The notes under the pieces were generated by a model, which worked only from the letters and a program-made list of their open reading frames with translations, ran no database searches and was not told where the DNA came from. Position numbers and translations under genes: made by a program. From Eledone cirrhosa (taxonomy: Eukaryota), in the NCBI GenBank assembly GCA_964016885.1, contig OZ024744.1:55614001-55678000 (forward strand): a DNA stretch of 64,000 nt, written 5' to 3'. Position 1 is the first letter of the stretch, and the number at the start of each line of letters is the position of its first letter. Shown here piece after piece: positions 1 to 13,449 of this stretch.

Positions 1-2474
1 ATTGCTTAGACCATTACTCAACAGTACTTGATACTTGTAGTAGTAGAGTATGGTTATATTATAAAGAGTTGAGACCCCGATGACTGAGCTCAGCCATTGC
101 AATCTCAACTCTTTATAATATACATTTACACGCGCACACATACACTAAAGGAGTGGTTTTATGCATAAGTGTACATAAAACGTTCAGACATTAACTAAAT
201 GAGTAGTAGTTCTCAATGTATGTGAGCAGAGTATAGGTTTTATTTTTCAAACAAAGCAGTGGCAGTGGCAGTGACTTCAGACTTTCTGAAGAGACAGCAA
301 CACCAAAACTTCAAAGTCACTACCACCTTTTCCTTTCTGAAAATAAAAATATATATTTACTAAGGTGAACTAAATTCTATTTCTGCTTATGCCAGATGGA
401 GGGGGAGGGGGGCAAGGAGCAAAGTTGTGATAATCCAGAACATTATTTATTATTTCTATTCAAGTAGGTTGCTAGGATAATCCTTTTAAATCCTGTTACA
501 GCTTACCTAAAACTCTTAATTAAATCTATTTTTAATGCTTTTTCATTCTGGCTTACACTCCCCCTTCTGCTTTTAATGAATTTGTCTTTACCTATTATTG
601 CGTTGTTGGTCAGCCTCACTTACTACTATCATTCTTAAACTTGTCCCATGTCCTATGTAGCTGATTTTAATAAATTTAGAGTGGAGAGTGACTTGTTTCT
701 TGGTTTAAAATCAGAAAAAAAAATTATTTGAGAAGTGACATGCTATGGATTATTTATATTCCACTCATTGTTTTTCTTTTTGTATATTGTGTGCGTATAT
801 GCATGTATGTGTGTGTGTGCGTGTTTACGCATGTGTATTGTAGAATGACCAGAAGGAATTTAAACTAGAATTAATTTTATTGATTCTGATTGAATGTTTT
901 TTGTTGTATTTTTTTTTTTTTTCTCGAATGGGACAGATTACATTTATCAAAGTTTGACAATCCTGACATTGTTTATAAACGTTTTATTTTTCTGCTTTTA
1001 TCAGATATTTATTAAGGTAAGCATCTTTCTGTAGAATAGGTTCTTTGCTACTAATTCTTTTCATTAATCTTTAAATTTATTTTTGCATGGTACCTTTACC
1101 TTGCATCTCTTCGAAAAATCATTTTGTTATTGTATAAATCATTTACTTTAATTTTTTTAAATTTTGTTTTCCCCCAAAGTCATGCTTGTACGGATATTTT
1201 ATAATTTTTGATAAAAAGATAACTCTTCATATTGAAAACTCATCAGATTTATTCTTTTTTATCATTAAAATATTTTTAAATTCTGGATTTTAATTTAACA
1301 AAACCTTGATTGATTGATGCTAATTTTGTGTTCAAATACATTTTGGTGTGTTTGTGTTCATATTTCTGTATGAGAGTAACGGTTTTTGTTTTTTTCTTAC
1401 ATATGAATAATATATGATTAAAAGTTTTCTTTTTTCTCCTTCGTATTTTCTTTCTTACAGTTTATATTTTCAGATTTTCATTTTCTTTCATTTTTAGTGT
1501 ATTGGTTAAGATTTTTAGTTTTGTAGTGTTTTGTTGGGGCTTTTTTTACTTTAAATCTATATCATGTCTGCATGTTTCTGAAGACTTACATTGCCAAATT
1601 TAATTAATATTTTAACAATTTGTTTAGATATGAATAAAACATTCCTTCAATGAAATGTTTATTCCATTATCCCTTTCTTCCTCTTTTTTATTCTTTTCTC
1701 TTTATTTTCCTTCCTAATCAGAATATATATATATATATAATCTTATGAATTAGTAATGTGCTGAGTGATTTGAAAATGTAAGAATCTCGGATGCAGAAAA
1801 TAACTAATAACAGTTGACCTTTATAAATATTTGCTTAGAAAATTGGGTAAAATACCCCTAAAAATGGACAAAGTGTCTTGCAGCCACTACAGAGAATCAA
1901 ACTTCATCTCTCAAACAACCAATGCACTTGTACACAATTTTCTAAACTATTTTTGTAATAGCAATCGACTGTTATAGTTCTTTTCTGCATTTAGGATTAC
2001 CACATTTTCATATAAATATATATTGCTTTCAGCATAGTGTGAAGATAACCTGACTTAGTGTCTGGGCACTATGAAAAAAGCATGAATGAACTGGAGCTGA
2101 GAGATCTAGTTCAGATGCTTTTGTTTGATGGTTTGATTATCATGATGTTTATGATGTGTAAGAACACCATCATCTGGCAAGTATTTGAACAAGAGACCTC
2201 ATATAGGAAAAAAAAACAACAGATACTTAATGTGCTACCATCACTAACTCTATAGTGAAAGTGATGCCTCTTTCCTAATGAGGGTTTGCTATGCTTTTGA
2301 TTTGCCTGAAATTGTAACATGTCAGAGGCAAGTGGGCTCTATTTGAAAAATACCTTATAAATGATGTATATTTTTTGCTTCCAAATTGGGCCTGGTACAT
2401 GCCACTTTCTCTTCCCCAGTAACACAAATCTAAATAGAAAAAAAGTCTTGAAGGAAAAGAAATCAAATTTTTGA

Positions 2475-2780
2475 CATCGTCATCATCATCATCATCTTTG
2501 TTTAACGTCCATCTTCCACGCTAGCATGGGTTAGACGGGAGTTGTCCCACTTGAGACAAGGTTGGTCGGGTGACCGTGTCTCGCTCAGATAGGACTATCT
2601 GACAGGTTTTCTACAGCTGGATGCCCTTCCTAACACCAACCACATTTACAGTAAAAAGTTCCCAGTTCCCTCTGGAACTGGGAACTTTTTACCGTGTTAC
2701 CTACATGGTCACATACAGCGTGGACTGTTTTTTTTTTTTCGTCGTGACACCTACATGATCTCGATCTCATTACCTCATTT
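2475..2780 (-). mobile_element. SINE B-related or RTE 3'-UTR fragment
   Basis: Reverse-complement homolog of 41834-42107, with a (CAT)n tail. Confidence 0.8.
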
Positions 2781-3096
2781 ATTTGGACTGGATGTTGTGG
2801 TACCAACTTTACAGAGAGAGGGTGCTATTGGTGGGAGTGGGAGGATGGGGTAGTGGGTTGGGGTGTATATTTGGTTAAGAGGTGCCTACTGACTAGGTTT
2901 CGTTTTGTACATAGGCAAGGCAGGTCTTCTGTATTACTGTGAGGCGCCAAAGATCTCGGTCCAGTGACATTGTCATATCAGTAATGGGTCTGTGAGGGAC
3001 ACTCTCTATGTATTTTTAATCTCCTAGAAACAGCAGCCAAATTCTCTTAACCTATACTACACTATCTTAAAAAATGTAACATTATCTGTAAATATA

Positions 3097-3286
3097 GGGC
3101 AGTGGATTGGCAGTATCGGTAGAGGGTCGGACGCCATGCTTTCCAGCATAGTTACGTCCCTTTACGATCTGAGTTCAAATCCTGCCGAGGTTAACTTTGC
3201 CTTTCATCCTTACGGGGTCGATAAAATAAAGTACCAGTAATGAACTGGGTAATTGCTGGCCTTGTGCCTAAAGTAGAAACAATTAT
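3097..3286 (+). mobile_element. tRNA-derived SINE family A (central CTTTGCCTTTCATCCTTACGGGGTCGATAAAATAAAGTACCAG, Deu/Nin-like domain)
   Basis: A-box-like and B-box-like head (GAGTTCAAATCC). TSD ATTATCTGTAAATA at 3081-3094 and 3282-3295. Several homologous copies in the window. Confidence 0.85.
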
Positions 3287-6200
3287 CTGTAAATAGGATA
3301 AGATGGTCCTGGCTGGACTGCTTTGATTATTATAGGTTTACTTTACTGGCTAACTTTCTCAATATTTGACTCATCTCCACACCATATATTGCAACTTTAC
3401 AAAAAGACAAGATGGTCATAGGCATGCTTGATTAAGGCTGGCCTTGAACTTAACAACTTCACAGAAGGCAAAGTCTGGATTTATGTAAAAACTAATTGTC
3501 TTGCAGCTATGTTGATTGAAAATTCTGACTCTTACACAATCATCCATTTCATTTAATGTTCTTTCTAAGTTGCATGGCCACACAAGTTGTACTGGTGTCG
3601 TGTATATTAAAGTGTTGCTGCTCAGTAGCTTTGAAGTGAAACTCATAACCTCCTGTCATGAATCCAACACCCGAACCACTAAAAAAGAAAAAGAGTTGAC
3701 TAATTATGTGTCATCCAGACGAACTGCAACACAAATATTACATGTAAAGACATGTATTGAGGAAACAATTGAAAATACTACATCCTATTTGCTTGTGAAC
3801 AATTCAGTTAAAACAATCATACTATCCCTTGCAGTCACTAACTAGCAGCCTCTCATGGTGTCCCACATAGCCAAGACTGCATCATAGTTGCTAAGCCTTT
3901 CAAAATGTTAGTTTTTCTTTCTTTCTTTTTCTTTTTTTTTTCCTTCTTACTCACACATTCTTAGCCACACCCAAGAAAAGATATGCTGAGCAAACCTTTA
4001 CTCTCTGTACAATCTCTGACTCTTCCTCAAATGTGTATTTTCCTTTTCTACCTAACAACTAATATAATATCCTCAGCTCCTATCAACACTATCAACTATA
4101 TACTGCAGTCATCTCTTCCCTCCTAACAGATATCATATTATACAATAAGTCAAATAGTTTGTCTCGTCTCACTACCATATCTCTCTGGTACTTCCTCTCT
4201 GTCTGCGATTTCTCTCTAACTCCCTGAAAATAAAACCCACTATTGAGCTGTGTCCACTTTCTACCAACTAATACAAAAGCTGCTATCTTGTATTCCCTCC
4301 ACTCCAGCCACCTACTATTGAGCTGTGTCTTCTCACTATCAACTACTGCAACAGTTACTGCTCCTGTAAATGTTGCTGACTGCTATAACTATACTATTTC
4401 TTAATAACGCATCTCTCTTGCTGACTGCCATACCTATACTGTTTCACAGTACCATATCTGTGAATAAATGTTAATGTATAATCCAGATGAATAGATATAA
4501 GAAGGAGAGCTCAATGGAATTTTGAATTCACATTTGCATATTAAAGCCTTAATTATTATCATTGTACATGTCCTATAAACTCCAATAGTCTCTTTAAAGT
4601 CTTTTATACTTGCACTAATTCTTTTTCCAACTTATGTGAGGTTTTGATTCTAACTTGATTAGACCACAACACTGCTTATTTGAAACTTAGATCACAGGAC
4701 TTTTTCTTTGAGATTAACAATGGCTTTAACCATTTTAATACCAAACTGCTTTATTTTAAAGTGTTTATATTTATCTAAAAAAAACATGTAATGAAAAGGT
4801 TAATGTGGTGACTGGGTTTTGGTTTGGACATGTTTGCAGTACAGTGGTAATTACATCAGCTGTATCAAAAAAAGAGGAGGCCTGGTTTTCAGTCCAACAA
4901 GAACAAGCATTTTAAGGTCATTTTCCTTGCTAAAGCATTGTTTAACCTTGTAGGCTTCACATTCATCATGGGTTTTTTTTTTAGGTGATGTCTTACAGCT
5001 GGACACCCTTTTTGGCACTAACACTTCTAGTTGTCTTTTATGATATGCAAGGATATGGCTTGCCTATTCTAAACTGGATACATATAGTATAGCATTCGAT
5101 TCAATTGAGTTTCCAAACTTTTATCCTCCTTTTATTGATTCTTTATATCAGCCTCGGTAGTTTGTTTTAAAATATAGGCATGTGTATTCATTATACAGAA
5201 GAATGGCGTAGTTATATGCTTGATTCTTGAGTTTGGGTAATGACAACAGGTAATGAAACAGAGGCTTGAGTACAACTGCTGTCACATCAATATTATCTAT
5301 CTGTAATACATTGTATCTTTGGCAACACACACACACACTATGCTATCAATCATTTATGCGCGCACGTCAACCATTCATTCATTTAGGAATACACAGACTC
5401 ACTCATATATACACATCATCATCTTCATTTAACATCTATTTTTCCATGCTTGAATGGGTGAGATGTGTTTACAAGTCTGCCAGCTGGCTATGCTGCACCT
5501 TACTCTAATCGAACTATATATTGGCTGGGTTTTTTTTACAACTGAATGCCCTTCCTAACTACAACCATGTTTACACTGTGGAAGTGGGTGGCACCATTAC
5601 AAGAAAAGTCTGACAAATTGGCTGCGACATACCCTGCTGATAGCGAAACCTTATTTTGGGAGTTGGGTGGTTCCGTTATAATGGACGTCTCACCGGTTGG
5701 CCAAGCGATACCTTGCTCATAGCAGGACCATCTTTTCACTTGATTTTTACGGTTGTTGGATGACCTTCATAACCCAACAATGTTTACAGTGTGGGACTGG
5801 GTGGCCCCTCTTTATGACGCATCTGGCCAGTTGGCCTCCCCATACCTTGCACATATCGGGATTGTGTATTGGCTGGGTTTTTATGACTGCTGGATTCCCT
5901 TCCTAACACCAACCACAATTATAGTGTGGAACAGGGCGGTCCTGTGATGAAGAGGGTCTGGCCAGTTGGCCACACCGTACCCTGCTCACAGTGGAATTGG
6001 GTGATCCCATTATGAGGCTCGTAGTAGGACTGGGTTTACACACACTTGCTCACACCACATCACTTACTGCACTCACTCAACACAATCTCTCTCTATATAC
6101 GTGTATATATTTGGTAGGATTGATTAGAACTCCAACATCATTAAGACACTCACAAAATCTATAAGATACGAAGTGGTTTGTTAACTAACCCCACTAGGTG

Positions 6201-6479
6201 TGAGCTCTAATAACATCTACTTTATATAGTAATTTGCCTTGATTATAGATATGTCAAACATTATAAATATGTTTGACCTATATCTGAGACACTATATATA
6301 TATATATGTGTGTGTCTGTGCGTGTGTATAGCCTAAAAACGTTGTTAGCAAAAATCTGATGGCTTATTTTCATATATTAGTGGAACATACATCAATATTT
6401 CATGAAAATAAGTTTTATTTGCTATGATAATAATGACAACTATAATAACGGCAATAATAAAAAAAGAAAAGGAAATTTA

Positions 6480-7740
6480 AAAAAAAATAGGAAAATATAG
6501 AGAAAAGGAAAGAAAAAATAACGTAGGGGATGGCAAGAAGTCTGGTGTCACAGAGGGGAGGGGTGAAGGGGGAGGTTGATTGAGTTTTGGGCCTAGGGCA
6601 AGGGGGGGCACAAGTACTGTGGACAAGACTGCAAAATCATTCCCGCGGACAATGGCCAGTGACACCCACTGCAACAGCCATCCATCCTGGTTGCGTTCCT
6701 TCGGATGGGCCACCGACGTTCTGATCTTCCAGAGGAGCTTGGCTGTACAGGGTCCAAGGACACCTGAGGTCTCGACGGCAACTGGTACGAAGAAGCAACA
6801 ACCAGACGAACCCCGGTATTTGTTTATTTTACGTTCTTCTGTGAGACCGGCCGTGGTTTGTGGCCAAAGCGACTAAGTTGGAGGCGGAAAACGTGTTGCA
6901 ACAGGTAGCGTCCCAGATGAGGGATTTACCTCCTTTGAATGGGAAGAGTTGATTCCGTTAGGACACTTACCATCTCTGTGGTCTAGGCCAGCTGCAGCCA
7001 GGCTTCTTCTCAATATGGCATTGAGAGCGACGTGTCGGAGGAACCGACCTGCACTCTGGCGGCAAGACAATAGGTGCAGGCCGAACTTGTCAACAACCGC
7101 CCCGCAGCAGGATTTATGTGGCTCATACACGCAGAGGCCAAGGCGTTGGGCTACTTCGATGCGAGTGCACTCATCATCAAGAAGGCACCGAATTGAGCCA
7201 CGCACCACTGTTGGGTTGAGGAGCGGAGCGAGTGTTGGTCCAAGCCAGATACAATCTGCCTGACAGAAGATCTGCAATTGATGTTGCCCCAGTTACATTG
7301 GACCGTAGTATACTGGGGGATAGAGAGGCCAGAGCCTGTTCCATCTCAGGGGCCAGGTCAGATTCGGCCATCTGGTTGAGAACCTTGCTGATGAGAGCGC
7401 CGCTGGAGGAGATAGAGGAGAGGTAGGCAGGTAAAGCTAGATCCGAAGCTGATCGGAGGCTGCCGAACGGGAGTGTCGCCTGTTGCTAACTTGCTCTGTC
7501 AAAATTGTCATTGCAGATGAGTTCTGCACAGCGTCGAATGGTCCCGAGAAGATCTGCGTGTGGGGTGGCAAGGGAGAATGGGGGAGCCGAGAATGCATGT
7601 GGCATCCTTGGGTGTCAGCTGAGCCCCGGCCAGGATGGGATGGGAGCAGAGTATGGTGTTGCGGAATTCGGTCTCTCTGTAGCTGATGTTGGACATGTCA
7701 GACTTGGGTTGATCTCAAGTCCAAGGAGCTTTAGAGCTGG
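6480..7740 (-). mobile_element. 5'-truncated, decayed CRE-like non-LTR retrotransposon (end of RT, zinc knuckle, restriction-like endonuclease)
   Basis: GC-rich island. Minus-strand fragments read QQATLP..RSASDLALPAYLSS, SGAWLNSVPS, CCGAVVDKFGLHLLSC..GRFLRHVALNAILRRSL, RDGKCPNG and QWVSLAIVRGN, with frameshifts between them. Confidence 0.8.
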
Positions 7741-8089
7741 AATGTTTTGTCCAAGGTCCATATTTAAGAATAGGAGATGTAGATACACATACATTTTACT
7801 TATATTATCTTCAAATATGTGTATATCAGTCCCCTGAATAAAATACTTTGTGTAGGCAGTAAGTAATAATAAAGATCTTACAATTGAATAAACACGGATC
7901 TTACAATTGAGATAATGTAAAATATTTTGTCAGCAAAAACATTTACTTGAACACTTGTGCATTCCTCTGTGCTGCATGGATTGGATAAGATGTTTTTAGG
8001 CTGTATTGTGTGGTTGGATGCTTTTCTTGACACTGACCTTCACTTTTGTTTAAAGTAAGGTGTATATCTTTCACATTAGGGATATCAGA

Positions 8090-9300
8090 TATGAAGAGAA
8101 AGGGATAGAAGGAAAGAAAAGTTCCAGGGGCTTAGCAACAGGTAATGATAGTCCCTCTTTGGAAGAAGAAAGGGGCAAGAGAAACTGGAATATAGAGGAG
8201 AATCTCACTGCTGGGCCATGTAGTTAAGATGCTTGTCAAAATACTAGAACAATGTACAAGATACAAAATAGAACCATTCTTAAGTGAAGCACAGATGGGA
8301 TTCAAAAAGTGGCATGTGTACTGGTGTAATCTTTGCAGTGAGGCAGATGTGTGAAAGGTTCAACTACAACAGAGAATTAAACCATGCCTTCATTGACTTT
8401 AAAAAATACTGCTATCAAGGTGAACAGAAACAAGTTTTGAAGTGTGCTAGAACACCACGTCAGTGGTGGACTTCTTAATAGCAATAGAACTATTTAGATG
8501 AACAGTATGAGTGCACTTTGGACATCAGAAGGACTGACAGACTGGTTAGAGATCTTTCCTGGAATGAGACAATGTTTTGTCTTGTCTCCTCTTTTGTTCA
8601 TCACATACAGGAGTAGGAACATACCAGATGCTAATCCAGACCCAGAATCCCTGAAAAGCTTTTTGTTGATGGTTAGTGCCTTGCATATGACAAAGAAGAA
8701 AATCTCCAAAAGCATTCCTCCAGCCTGAACAAGATATATAAACATGACATGCAAATCAGCATTGACAAAACAGAGGTGTTGAAGGTTTGCAGATCATCAG
8801 ACATCCTTAATACCAAGTGGAAGTATTGAAATATCACTGGATTATCTTTCCTGAAGGTGGAAGACAGAACAAAGAGAACATGACCAGAGTGCAGAAGGCC
8901 AATAGCATCAACTCACTAGATTGTCCTACAATTGAAACACCCTAACATCTCAATAAAAACAAAATTTAAGCTGATCAAGCCAATGTCAAACATAGATGAA
9001 GTCTTTAGAGCACAATGTCACATCCTGTGAGATTCGCAGCCTGAGAAAAGCTGTCACTAAATCAGACAAGATAAGGTCAGGAAAAACAAAGATTATGAGG
9101 AGTCAGACACATCATGATAATGCCAACCTACCAGCCAGACAGCCTATCATGCATATTAGGTCTGGATGCAAAGAAAGGGATTCATGGTGTTAAGGAATCT
9201 CTAACATTACATAGTATCATAACAAATCCAACCTTACAACTTACTGCTTAACACTTTTCTTCCCATGACACCTCATAAGGTACAAATGGGCAGATAGGCG
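8090..9300 (+). mobile_element. Decayed RTE-like LINE RT fragment
   Basis: SEAQMGF, HAFIDFKK and GMRQCFVLSPLLF remnants with many stops. Confidence 0.7.
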
Positions 9301-9599
9301 AAAAAAGAAAAAAACATAATATGTAATATATGCAATATATACATATGTATATGTATGTGTAAATATGAATGTTTAAGTGTGTATATCTATGTAATCTGTA
9401 ATATATATATAAAAAATGAATTTTATAATAAATGCTAGTGTATTTATGTATTTCATATCAAGCTAGGGGAGATTATTCTGATTTTAGTTATATACATTGG
9501 TGAAAATTTTAGTTTTTGTACACTTGCAATAATAGCTGAACCAAACTATTTCTTTAACTTTGTTTAATGGAAAGTGTATTATTACAGGTAAATGTGTGT

Positions 9600-9639
<40 letters not shown>

Positions 9640-9968
9640 GCATATATATATATATATATAAATATAGATTTTACATATCTCTATACCCACTCTACATCTC
9701 CCCATGTATAGAGTACTCACATGATTAGTGGTCGCCTTGATCTTAGCACTGCAGTCTCTCTCTATCTCTCTCTCTACACACACACACGTTCATGTGGTTC
9801 TTTATATATATACATATTTATTCATATGTCTATATACATACACATGTAAAAAAAAGTATGCATTGTAACATTGAGGTTCTAGTTAGTAGTGTGATATTCT
9901 ACTTTTAAGCTGTAAACTAAAAATGTACCTAACATTATATATGTGATATCAGCTAGTGACATCTACAA

Positions 9969-10300
9969 TCATCATCATCACGCGTCCGCTTTTTCCCTGC
10001 TTGCAAGAGTGGGACGGGAACTGATTCTGGCCTGATTTCTACAGCTGGATGCCCTTCCTAACACCAACCTCATTTACAGTGAGTGCTGGGTGCTTTTTTG
10101 CCATGGCCACCTCCACGACCACTTTGCAGTGGAATGATAGGGACCCCAGTCCCTATCATCTCATTTCTACAGCTGAGTAAACTGGAGCAATGTGAAATAA
10201 AATGTCTTGCTCAAGGAAACACATCACCCAGTCTGAGAATTGAACTCACAACCTTTTGATTGCAAGGCCAATGCTCTAACCACTAAGCCATGTGCCTCCA
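9969..10300 (-). mobile_element. tRNA-derived SINE family B, full length (V-SINE-like GGAAGGGCATCC core, (GAT)n tail)
   Basis: Minus-strand head TGGCTTAGTGGTTAGAGC...GAGTTCAATTC, core GTTGGTGTTAGGAAGGGCATCCAGCTGTAGAAA, and (GAT)n tail. Near-identical copies at 23410 and 56781. Confidence 0.88.
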
Positions 10301-11109
10301 ATCATGTTAGATAATTTAATCATTTAGTAATTTCTTTTAAAGGGAGATAAGTAATATGTATGGAAATAGCAATATGCCAAAATAATTATTTTTTTGTATT
10401 TTTTCATAATTTTTTTTTTTTTTTTTTTTTGAAAGCTACACTTTGTTTTTATCAGTATAGTGAAGTGAAAATACCCCTGGAACATTATAATATACCAATT
10501 TAGAAAATTTCAAGTAACTGAGACTATCCTTGTAATTAGTGGGCAAAAACTACATGGGGTTGGGGTGTGATTTAAAAAAAAAGCAATGGTAATGTTCTCA
10601 AACAAACAAGGGGCTTAATTCCAATAGAATCAGGTGATCAAAATTTTTGAATAATATAAACTATGTATATTGGAATGTATCTGGTCTGTTAAGCCAACTG
10701 GTGAAAGTAACAGAAATATTTTGTCTTTATTAAACCTCCTTAGTAAACATATTCTACTGAGTTGACATTCATGATCATTGTCTATATTCCCTGGATAATA
10801 TGACTCTTGAATAGAGTATACATGACTGTTGAGGTCCACTAAGCCTGAAACATTACTTTCATCAGTTGGCTTTGATGGCCAGAACCTCTTCAGTCTGCAT
10901 TGTCTATATTGTCCAAAAATAATATTTATTATCCTCTAAAATATATTAGTGTTTCAGTTGTGTGTATGCCTGAAAATTACATTAATGATGAGAGTAACAT
11001 AGCAAAAAATAAAGTGTTAGTAAGAAAGAAGACAGCATCCAGATGGCACCAAGGTAGTTGTTCTGTTTTATATGTAAAAAAGGAATAGGCAGAAATTCTA
11101 TATGATATA

Positions 11110-11780
11110 CCCAATGCAAATCTTACGGTACACAGGAACTGTAGTGGGATAGTAAGCAGACTAACAGGAAATTAAGACTTTGTATGTAGATGGACAGGGA
11201 TAATTGGTAGTAAGGTCAGAGGTATAAACCTTTTCCAATCTCGGGTAGGATCCATAGAAGTGGTTGATAACTTCTGCTATCTAGGTGATCTAATTAGCAG
11301 TGGAGGAAAGTGGTCTGAGAGCATAGTAGCTAGAATAAGGATGGGATGGAAGATGTTTAGGAAGTTCTACCTCTGTTGATAACTAATGAAAGACTGGTTG
11401 TATGATGTTTGTATGCAATGTTGCATGGTAGGGAAACTTGGGCAGTGAATGTAGAGAATGAACAAGCATGCTTTAATGGATGTGCAGTGTTATATGTGTG
11501 AATGACAAAGCATGGATGAACTAAGAGGAATCAGAAGTAGCGTGCAAGAGAGAAAACTGCAATGACGGTCATTGGGTGAAAAATGCCAGGAAATCCCAGT
11601 GGAAGGAAGCTGCAGTAGAGAAAGATCTAGGCAGAGGCGGTGAGAGCTGACCCCAAATTGCTGAAGCTCACAGAAGCAATGCTGAAGGATCAAGACGTGG
11701 AGAGATGTTGTGCTGAAAAGGACCCATCAAACCCATGCAGGCATGGAAAAGCAGATGTAAAAATGATGAGGATGATAATG
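11110..11780 (+). mobile_element. Decayed RTE-like LINE 3' part
   Basis: SIEVVDNFCYLGDLISSGG and ARIRMGWKMF; 3' end CCCATGCAGGCATGGAAAA...(GAT)n. Confidence 0.75.
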
Positions 11781-13349
11781 TATCTGTGGAATACTTAACC
11801 ACTTAGCTTAATTCATGAGTCTCAGTTGATCAAACAACTGTATGTTAATTGTCACAAACTGATGGAAGATCCATCATCTTATATACTGTATTATTTATAA
11901 GAAGTGATGCCTTTCAATAAATTCTGGAAAGAATTTTAAATGTATTATCTTTGCTGTTTGTTTATGTCCTGTAACCTAACTTGTTCAATAAATAGAGATC
12001 AATAAAATAAGATTTGAAAACACAAGGACCTGGTTGTTAAGATTGACTGAATTCCTTGAAGACAGTGCCCAGCATGGGTACAGCCTGACTGAAACCCATA
12101 AAAGAATACTTAGATTTTATATTTTGTATATATATTCGTTTAAAAGTTGGTTTGTCAAAACTTTAAAAGATTAAAATTTTATTTTTTTATTTTTTGTGTA
12201 TTTGGGAAATGTTATATACTAACAAAAATTATATTTTCCTCTTTAAAAAATATTGAGAAATGAAATAGTTTTAAAGTATTCTATAAATAATAATTAAAAA
12301 AACAAACAAACAAACAAAACAAAACATGGTTAGTCATGTAAAATTATAATTTATGAAAATAAATTAGAACCAATAGAATTTTATTATAGAATTTCTGTTA
12401 TATATAATTCCTTTGAATAACCAACTGTTGACTCCATCATCATTCCATCTGGGCAGCTTTCTTCTATGGTTTTGATTAATTACTGCGCTCTGATTAATTA
12501 CTTCCTAATTGTTCTACCCTTTATTGTACCTGCTATTATTGAAATGGTAGGGGAAAATACTTGCATGGTGACTCCAGTATTAATGAATGTGTGTGTGTAT
12601 GTATGTATATATAAAATGTGGTGATGCTGGAAGGAAAATGTGTATGGATATATAAATGAAAGAATGGTAAAAATCATTTTGTTGCTGAACCTTACTTGCT
12701 CTCAGATTGCTAGAAAAATTGAAAATAAAACGTTTCTTTTCAATAAAATATCCGGATGTTAAGCATTAAAAAAAAAAATCTATAGAGAAACAATATCTTT
12801 GCCAAGCTGCTTCTCTTTTCTTCCTCGTTCATAAATTATCTCTCACATGATGTCACTTATCTTGCTTCAGTATTCTAGTTGGTTCTACTACTATGAAGCT
12901 ATAGTGGAATGAGATAGATTCAGCAAAAAAAATCAATATGCCAGCTGTGGTTGTATAGCTGCAATAATTATTCCAATGGATTGCTCCCTATCTGTAGCTG
13001 AAATGTCTATTAAAGTGGTAGTGGGTGCTATGGCTTTTCTAGCACACTTGTCAGCATACATTCACTAGTTGCATGCAACCAAGCTGTTTTATTGTTGTTG
13101 TTTTTAGACTTGTACTTCTTTCTAACTGTTGCTCCTAGCAATTTATTTATCCTTATTATAATAATAATTTTAATCAGTTGTCAATAGGTGTTGTTCGCTT
13201 TGCCTATTTAGTGATAAAAGTGGTGGTGACGGGGGAAGAGAAATTATTCATTTCTATAAAGATTGCGTATTTCAGTGCTTCCCTGTCTCCACCCCCCACC
13301 CCTTTAGCATCAGTGAGCATGCCCTGTGTGATAGTCGACTGTTTCTGCC

Positions 13350-13382
13350 ATGGTGGTTACCGAGTGGAGAACTCAGATCTAG
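13350..13382 (+). promoter_or_regulatory. Upstream ORF (MVVTEWRTQI*) in the presumed Klc 5' leader
   Basis: GCCATGG strong Kozak context at 13350, TAG at 13380-13382, ending 32 nt before the Klc ATG and out of frame with it. It matters only if this segment is in the mRNA. Confidence 0.45.
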
Positions 13383-13414
13383 GAGAGATTCTGAGCACTA
13401 CACTTCACTCGGCA

Positions 13415-13449
13415 ATGGAAGTTACACAAACGGCAAAATCATATCGAAT
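13415..13449 (+). CDS. Klc: Kinesin light chain, first coding exon (MEVTQTAKSYR + AT, phase 2)
   Basis: ATG at 13415 in GCAATGG context, followed by a consensus donor AT|GTAAGT at 13450. AT joined to A at 29003 gives Ile and continues in frame into KKIEEIGKM. This agrees with my recollection of the squid KLC N-terminus (MEVTQTVKSYRIKKIEEIGKMTALSQ). Confidence 0.88.

Noticed and set aside
6350-6400. Possible third hammerhead (CTGATGG...GGAAC...ATC)
   Set aside because: Both core boxes are mutated and the stems are weak, so it cannot be supported.
10225-10300. tRNA-like sequences (also about 23650-23725, 31455-31530 and 57045-57119)
   Set aside because: They are SINE heads attached to SINE bodies, and I could not fold a full cloverleaf.
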